From a virus, in IMG/VR virus record IMGVR_UViG_3300037502_003876, positions 1 through 64,000 of that record: a stretch of DNA of 64,000 bases. One strand, given 5' to 3'. The notes beneath the pieces were generated by a model. That model saw nothing but the letters and a program-made list of their open reading frames with translations. It was not told where the DNA came from and ran no database searches. Made by a program: the position numbers and the translations under genes. Within the stretch, counting starts at the first letter, position 1. Each line of letters begins with the position of its first letter. Below are positions 58,806-64,000 of this stretch, piece by piece.

Positions 58806-60067
58806 CCGCGTTCCCCGTGCACCCGATGGCGGCGCTGTTCCCGATGCTGTCAGAGGGCGACCTGCGCGCGCTCGCCGACGACATCCGGGAAAACGGCCAG
58901 CATGAGCCCGCGGTGATGTTCGACGGGCAGATCCTCGACGGCCGCAACCGGATCGCCGCGTGTGAACTGGCCGGGGTCGAGCCGCGCATCCGTACCCTCC
59001 CCGCGTGCCCGGACCCGCTGGCGTTCGTCCTCAGCGCCAACCTGCACCGCCGGCACCTCACGGAGAGCCAGCGCTCCGTGCTCGCCGCCAGGGTCAAGCC
59101 CATGCAGGCCGAGCAGGCGAGGGCCCGCATGATGGCTGGGGTCAGGGCCGGCGACCCTACCCCAAATTTGGGGGAGGGTGTCGTCAAGGGTGAATCGGCC
59201 GACCAGGTCGCCCAGATGTTCAACGTGGGTCGAGGCACCGTTGAGACCGCGGCGAAGTTGCTGCGGCAGGGCGTCCCGGAGCTGGTGACGGCGGTGGAGC
59301 GCGGGGAGGTGGCGGTCAGCGCGGCGGCCGCGGTCTCCACGCTCCCGGCCGAGGAACAGCGCGAGGTGGTGGCCGGGGGCAAGGACGCCATCAAGGCCAA
59401 GGCCAGGGAGATCCGCGAGGCCAAGCCGAAGCGCGAGGCCAGGCCCCCGGAGCAGCACCCGCTGACGGAGGCGATCCGCACCGCCCCCGACGCCGGGGCG
59501 CTGGACGCTGCGCTGACGGCGGCGGTCCGGGTGCCCGGTCTACCGGAGTCGGTCATCGACGCGAACGCGAGCGCGTACCAGGCCCGCAAGGCGGAACTGC
59601 GCGCGGCGCAGGAGCCCACGCCGCCGGCTCCACCAGCGCCAGCCCCGACGCCACCACCACCGGCCCCCGTCCAGCCGGACCTGTTCGAGACGGCGCCGGC
59701 CGCGGCGCCGGTCGTGACCGTGGTCCCCGTGGAGGCGGCCGAGGTGACGCGGCTGCGCGAGGAGAATGCTCGGCTGAAGGCCGAAGTGGACGCCTACCGC
59801 GCGTGGGCTGCCACGGTGAGCCAGCGCGCCGTGGCGCTCGCGCCGACCCTCAAGGGCGCGGCCAACCTGGACCGCATCCGGCGGCTCGTTGAACTGGCCG
59901 GCAGCCCCAGCGAAAACGAGGCGCGCAGCGCGGCCATGCTCGCCTGCCGGATGATCCGGGAGCAGGGCGTCAAGCTGCTCTCCAGTGACCCGTCGATTCT
60001 CGACGACATCCACGAGACCAACCGGCAGATGCTGGAGACGGCCCGGCGGATGGGGGTGGTGCTGTGA
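58802..60067 (+). CDS. ParB N-terminal-domain (ParB/Srx nuclease-like) protein
   Basis: HPMAALFPML...HEPAVMFDGQILDGRNRIAAC... followed by an HTH-like GRGTVETAAKLLRQG. Confidence 0.7.
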   Translation: MTAFPVHPMAALFPMLSEGDLRALADDIRENGQHEPAVMFDGQILDGRNRIAACELAGVEPRIRTLPACPDPLAFVLSANLHRRHLTESQRSVLAARVKPMQAEQARARMMAGVRAGDPTPNLGEGVVKGESADQVAQMFNVGRGTVETAAKLLRQGVPELVTAVERGEVAVSAAAAVSTLPAEEQREVVAGGKDAIKAKAREIREAKPKREARPPEQHPLTEAIRTAPDAGALDAALTAAVRVPGLPESVIDANASAYQARKAELRAAQEPTPPAPPAPAPTPPPPAPVQPDLFETAPAAAPVVTVVPVEAAEVTRLREENARLKAEVDAYRAWAATVSQRAVALAPTLKGAANLDRIRRLVELAGSPSENEARSAAMLACRMIREQGVKLLSSDPSILDDIHETNRQMLETARRMGVVL

Positions 60068-60717
60068 CCCCCGCGAACGACACCCTGCCGGCGCCGCGGA
60101 CGCTGGCCGCGCACTTCCACCTCGTGCTCTTGCAGAAGCGCATCCGGTCGTGCACGGCGTGCCCGCTCCACGAGCACCGTCAGCGGGCCGTGTTCTCCCG
60201 GGGCAACCACCACGCGGACGTGATGTTCGTCGGGGAGGCGCCGGGCGCCGACGAGGACCAGCAAGGACTGCCGTTCGTCGGGCCGTCGGGGGAGATGCTG
60301 GACCGGATGATCGGGGCCATGGGTCTGCGGCAGGAGGAGGTGTACATCGCCAACGTCTGCCGCTGCCGTCCGCCGGCCAACCGCCTGCCGACGCCGGAGG
60401 AGGTGGCCGCCTGCCTCCCCTACCTGCATGAGCAGATCGCGCTCGTGCAACCCCGCGTCCTCGTGGCCCTGGGGTCGACGGCGGCCAAGGCGCTCACGCA
60501 GTCCACCTCGGGCATCAAGGCCCTGCGCGGCACCTGGCAGGACTACCGGCGCGGGGAGACGGTGGTGCCGGTGATGCCGACCTATCACCCGGCCTTCCTC
60601 CTGCGGGAGACGTTGGCCGGTCGGGTCGGGGCGAAGCAGGACGCCTGGCGCGACCTTCAGGCAGTGCTGACCCTCCTCAACCGCCCGGTGCCCACGGCGA
60701 AGGAGGCGCGGTCATGA
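60064..60717 (+). CDS. Uracil-DNA glycosylase, family 4
   Basis: CTACPLHE...VMFVGEAPGADEDQQGLPFVGPSGEMLDRMI...PTYHPAFLLR. Confidence 0.85.
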   Translation: MTPANDTLPAPRTLAAHFHLVLLQKRIRSCTACPLHEHRQRAVFSRGNHHADVMFVGEAPGADEDQQGLPFVGPSGEMLDRMIGAMGLRQEEVYIANVCRCRPPANRLPTPEEVAACLPYLHEQIALVQPRVLVALGSTAAKALTQSTSGIKALRGTWQDYRRGETVVPVMPTYHPAFLLRETLAGRVGAKQDAWRDLQAVLTLLNRPVPTAKEARS

Positions 60718-61196
60718 GCGCCATCAACCGGCGCCGGTCCACGTCGCCCATCGACCGGCGGATCTCGCTGCGGGCGGTGGTCGTGGATCTCACCTTCGAG
60801 AAGTTGTCCGCCCTCGCGGACCTGTCGGCGGACCTGCCGCGGATGACGGCGGACGAGCTGGCGCGGCTGCGGGCGCTGGGGCGAGCGATGCGTCGGGAGC
60901 GGCTGGGGCACTACCGGCCGACGGCGCTGGCGGAGGAGGTGCGGCCGGTGGTCGACGCGGCGGCGCTGCTGGTGGAGAGCCTGTCGCACCTCGACAACGT
61001 GGCCGGCGTGGCGGACGCGCTGGCGGGGCTGACGGACGACCAGCCGATGGCGCTCGACGCCGAGGACCGGGCGACGCTCCGGGAGAGCGTGCGGGCGGTG
61101 GCCGCGTGCATCGACGCGCTCCTCGGGCTGGACGGCCCGCGCCTCGCCACCCTGCGCCGCGTGGTCGACGGCGCGCTGGACGACCCGCCGACCTGA
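60714..61196 (+). CDS. Hypothetical protein
   Basis: 160-aa ORF, ATGA-coupled to the UDG gene. Confidence 0.5.
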   Translation: MSAINRRRSTSPIDRRISLRAVVVDLTFEKLSALADLSADLPRMTADELARLRALGRAMRRERLGHYRPTALAEEVRPVVDAAALLVESLSHLDNVAGVADALAGLTDDQPMALDAEDRATLRESVRAVAACIDALLGLDGPRLATLRRVVDGALDDPPT

Positions 61197-61374
61197 CTGA
61201 CCTCCCCAGACGCGAACGGCGCTCACCCGGGGTGGGCAGCGCCGCTCGCGTCGGTGCGGGTACCAAACCGCACCTGTCGCCCACCCCGAGAGAGACACGA
61301 CCAGTGACCCGCAGAGCAAAGGCGACTTCCCCGATCCCTACCACGACCCGCACCCGGGTCAACCACGAGGTGCC

Positions 61375-62868
61375 GTGATGGCTGCTGACCGATACCAGAA
61401 AGTCTACGTGAAGCTCTGGCTCAGCGAGAGCTTCCGCGCCCTGTCAGACGCCGGGCGCCTCCTGTTCCTGTACCTGCTCACCTGCCCGAGCACCACGATG
61501 CTGACCGGGCTGGTGGCCATCTCCGTCGGGACCATCGCGGACCACCTGGGCCTGGCGCCGGACACGGTGCGCGGGGCGCTGGCGGAACTCGACGCGGAGG
61601 GCATGGCGGCGTTCGACCCGGCCGGCGTGGTGTGGCTCCCGAACGCGCTCGCGCACAACCCGCCGGCCAACCCGAGCGTCGTGAAGGGCTGGCGGCGTCA
61701 CTGGTCGGAGGTACCCAACTGCCCGCTCAAGGTGGCGGCCTACCAGGCGCTCCGGCTGTGGTGCGAGCGGAAGGGACTGGACTGGCTGGGGGCGTTCGAC
61801 ACGGCGTGCGCCCGGCCGGTCCTGAGTGCAGGCCGGGGCAGCGGACCCCAGAAACCCGCAGCGCGACATGGTGTGGCACACGGTGTCCCCCACCGTGTCG
61901 GGGACGGTGTGGCACACGGTGTCGGGGACCGTCCCCCCCACGGTGTGGCACACCAGTATCAGGAACAGGAGCAGTATCAGGAACAGAAGCGAGAGAGCGC
62001 GGCCGCGAGCGCCCGCGCCTCCGCGCGCCCTCGTGCGTATGCGTGCGAGAGCGCCCCGGCCACCTCGCCGTCCGCCCGGGTGCTGGCGGAGGTGGTCTCG
62101 ACGGAGCCGCCCCCATCCCGGACCCCACCGCTCCCGGTCCAGGTCGAGACCGCTGCGCCGTCGCACGCAACCGGCCCTCTCGCGTCGCCGGACGCCGGGC
62201 CGGAGTCTCAGCCCCCGCCGGCCGTCCGCGCGCCGTCTGTGCCCCGTCCTGAGCCCGTCGCCGCTCCGGCCGCGCCGGTAGCCCCGCTGGCCCCTCCCTC
62301 GCCGCCGCTGGCCCGGACGACCCCGGCACAGCTCCCGCTCGACGACGCGGACCCGGCCGACGCGCCGGCCGCCGTGGCGCTGCCGCGGGTCAGCGACCTG
62401 GACGAGCGCACCCCGGCCAACCGGGTGCTGCGCGCCTGGGGGGCCCGCTGCTACGCCGCCGCCCACCAGCCGCTCGCCACCGAGGCGCGGCGGCGCGTGG
62501 TGCGGGACCGGCTGCGGGTCTTCCCGGAGGCGGACCTGGTGCGCGCCATCGACGCGGCCATGCGCGACCCCTACGTCAACGGCCAGTCGGACCGCGCGCC
62601 GTCAGGCGGCCAGCGGGACATCGCCTGGCTGTTCGCCAAGGTCGAGCGGGTCGAGCGCTTCCTCGCCGCCCCGGCGCCGCCGCCCCCGCCCGCCCCGCTG
62701 CCGACGCGCCTGCCCCCGGCGCGCACCCCGCCCCCGCTGCCCCCCGGCGCGCCGGTCCTGACGCGCGAGGAGTTCGACGCCGGGGCCCTGCAAGCCCTGC
62801 CCCCGCCACGCCGCTACACGGTCGCCGAGCTGGAAGCGGCCGCCCACGGAGCCACCCATGCACGCTGA
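61375..62868 (+). CDS. Replication initiator / replisome-organiser-like protein containing the origin iterons
   Basis: N-terminal wHTH-like domain (...LVAISVGTIADHLGLAPDTVRGALAELDAEGM...). Internal iteron block. Immediately upstream of, and overlapping, dnaB. Confidence 0.55.
   Translation: MMAADRYQKVYVKLWLSESFRALSDAGRLLFLYLLTCPSTTMLTGLVAISVGTIADHLGLAPDTVRGALAELDAEGMAAFDPAGVVWLPNALAHNPPANPSVVKGWRRHWSEVPNCPLKVAAYQALRLWCERKGLDWLGAFDTACARPVLSAGRGSGPQKPAARHGVAHGVPHRVGDGVAHGVGDRPPHGVAHQYQEQEQYQEQKRESAAASARASARPRAYACESAPATSPSARVLAEVVSTEPPPSRTPPLPVQVETAAPSHATGPLASPDAGPESQPPPAVRAPSVPRPEPVAAPAAPVAPLAPPSPPLARTTPAQLPLDDADPADAPAAVALPRVSDLDERTPANRVLRAWGARCYAAAHQPLATEARRRVVRDRLRVFPEADLVRAIDAAMRDPYVNGQSDRAPSGGQRDIAWLFAKVERVERFLAAPAPPPPPAPLPTRLPPARTPPPLPPGAPVLTREEFDAGALQALPPPRRYTVAELEAAAHGATHAR
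61862..61990. repeat. Iteron cluster (candidate origin of replication) inside the initiator gene
   Basis: ggtgtggcacacggtgtc twice, plus cacggtgtggcacacc and caccgtgtcgggga variants, then cagtatcaggaacag twice. Confidence 0.65.
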
Positions 62869-64000
62869 ACGCTCGAACGTCCGTGAACTCCCCTCGCCGT
62901 CCCTGCCCCCGCACCACGCGGACGCGGAGGCCGCGCTGCTGGCCGCGCTGCTGGTCGGGGAGGTGACGCTGCTGGACCTGACCCCGCTGCGCGCCGAGCA
63001 CTTCTTCCTCGACGCCCACCGGCTCGTCTTCGAGGCCATCGCCGCGGTGGTCGCCGACGGCGCCGCCCCGGACTCCGTGGCGGTCCAGGCCCGCCTCCGG
63101 GACATGGACCGGCTGGCGGACGTGGGCGGGTCGAGCGCCATCGGCCGGCTCATGGACGCGGCCGCCGCCCTGGCCTCGCCGCCAGCCACGGTCCGGCTCG
63201 TGGTCGACGCGTGGGCCCGGCGCGAGGTGGGCCGGCTGGCGGCGCGCTGGGGCGCCGTCGCCCGTCGGCCGGGCAGCGACACCGGGGCGCTGATCGACCT
63301 GGTGCGGCGCGAGGCCGAGGCGCTGCAAGAGGCCCGGAGCCAGGCGGAGGCGAGCACGGACCTGGCCAGCGGCTACGCGGCCGACTTCCGCGAGATGCAG
63401 GACCACGCGAGCGGCGCCGTGTCGCCCGTGTCCACCGGGTACCCGACCGTCGACCGGGCGATGGAGGGCGGCTACTGGCCCGGGAAGCTGGTCATCGCCG
63501 GGGCCCGCCCGGGCTGCGGCAAGACGGCCACCGGCATCAGCGCCGCGCTCCGGTGCGCCGAGACGCCGGAGGACCGGGGCGGCGGCGCCGTGCTGTTCAT
63601 CAGCGCGGAGCTACCCGCCCGGGAGATCCGCCAGCGGCTCGTCTGCCACGAGGCGCGCGTGTCGATGGTCGACTACAAGACCGGCCGCCGCGAGGCCGAG
63701 GTGACGCCGTGGGTGGCCTACGTCGCCGGCCTCCCGATCTTCGTCGACGACGCGAGCCGGACCATCGAGGAGGTGCGCGCCAGCGTGCGCCGCCACCAGC
63801 GCAAGCTCGCCGCGCAGGGCAAGCGGCTGCGCATGGTGGTGATCGACTACTACCAGGAACTCGGCACGCTGACGAAGCACGAGCGCCGCATCGACATGCT
63901 CACGGAGGTGGCCGACGGCCTCAAGGCGATGCGCGCCGAGACGCCGGAGGCGACGATCCTGGTGCTGGCGCAGCTCCGGCGCAGCGAGGGCAAGAACCTC
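62858..64000 (+). CDS. dnaB: Replicative DNA helicase DnaB (3' end outside the window)
   Basis: Manual translation gives PPHHADAEAALLAALL..., Walker A GARPGCGKTA, ...MVVIDYYQEL..., ILVLAQLRR. Open to the window edge. Confidence 0.85.
   Translation, partial: MHAERSNVRELPSPSLPPHHADAEAALLAALLVGEVTLLDLTPLRAEHFFLDAHRLVFEAIAAVVADGAAPDSVAVQARLRDMDRLADVGGSSAIGRLMDAAAALASPPATVRLVVDAWARREVGRLAARWGAVARRPGSDTGALIDLVRREAEALQEARSQAEASTDLASGYAADFREMQDHASGAVSPVSTGYPTVDRAMEGGYWPGKLVIAGARPGCGKTATGISAALRCAETPEDRGGGAVLFISAELPAREIRQRLVCHEARVSMVDYKTGRREAEVTPWVAYVAGLPIFVDDASRTIEEVRASVRRHQRKLAAQGKRLRMVVIDYYQELGTLTKHERRIDMLTEVADGLKAMRAETPEATILVLAQLRRSEGKNL

Larger units (their letters stand above)
1..64000. mobile_element. 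Temperate tailed phage / prophage genome segment (contractile Mu/P2-type tail, tyrosine integrase, CI/Cro-type switch, own replication genes)
   Basis: Uninterrupted phage-type gene order across the window. int/xis lie in the middle of the phage genes next to a tRNA-3'-end-like site. No host housekeeping genes are visible. Confidence 0.85.

Noticed and set aside
1-64000. A transposable Mu-like phage, suggested by the Mu-type tail and DNA circulation genes.
   Set aside because: No MuA/MuB-like transposase genes are present in the early region. The window instead has a tyrosine integrase, an Xis, an att-like tRNA fragment, and an initiator plus DnaB replication module.

Overview
The window is about 70% GC and reads as one nearly continuous temperate myovirus (phage or prophage) genome segment. 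All protein calls rest on motif recognition by eye and on gene order; no database search was possible. Layout: (1) 1-24.1 kb, plus strand: late genes for a Mu/P2-type contractile tail (sheath, tube, chaperone, tape measure, DNA-circulation protein, baseplate hub/spike/W/J/gp48-like), then fibre-like and repeat proteins and small membrane proteins. (2) 24.1-30.7 kb, plus strand: an antirepressor-like gene, two cell-wall hydrolase candidates, thyA and folA. (3) 30.7-36.9 kb: an orphan promoter-to-terminator noncoding unit, a set of small minus-strand gene cassettes with repeated promoters, leaders and hairpins, a tRNA-3'-end-like attP candidate, and int/xis. (4) 36.9-54.7 kb: one long minus-strand early operon. 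(5) 54.7-57.6 kb: immunity switch with an XRE repressor, an ImmA-like protease and divergent cro-like and cII-like genes. (6) 57.6-64 kb: replication module with a ParB-like protein, a family-4 UDG, an initiator carrying internal iterons, and a partial DnaB. The most notable content is in the early operon. Four translationally coupled genes carry RAMP/Cas signatures: Cas6-like, Csf1-like with a zinc knuckle, a Cas7/Csf2-like protein with a helical N-terminal extension, and Cas5/Csf3-like. No CRISPR array is present in the window. Directly downstream lie an amino-methyltransferase fused to an IbrB-type ParB domain, an IbrA-like PAPS reductase, a GNAT and a second CysH-like PAPS reductase. This resembles an array-less type IV-B CRISPR-Cas effector joined to a Dnd/Ibr-like modification module on a phage. 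A second genome-wide signal is a 33-34 nt promoter-like motif at a fixed distance from at least 12 start codons, which implies leaderless mRNAs; a phage sigma-like factor is encoded nearby.
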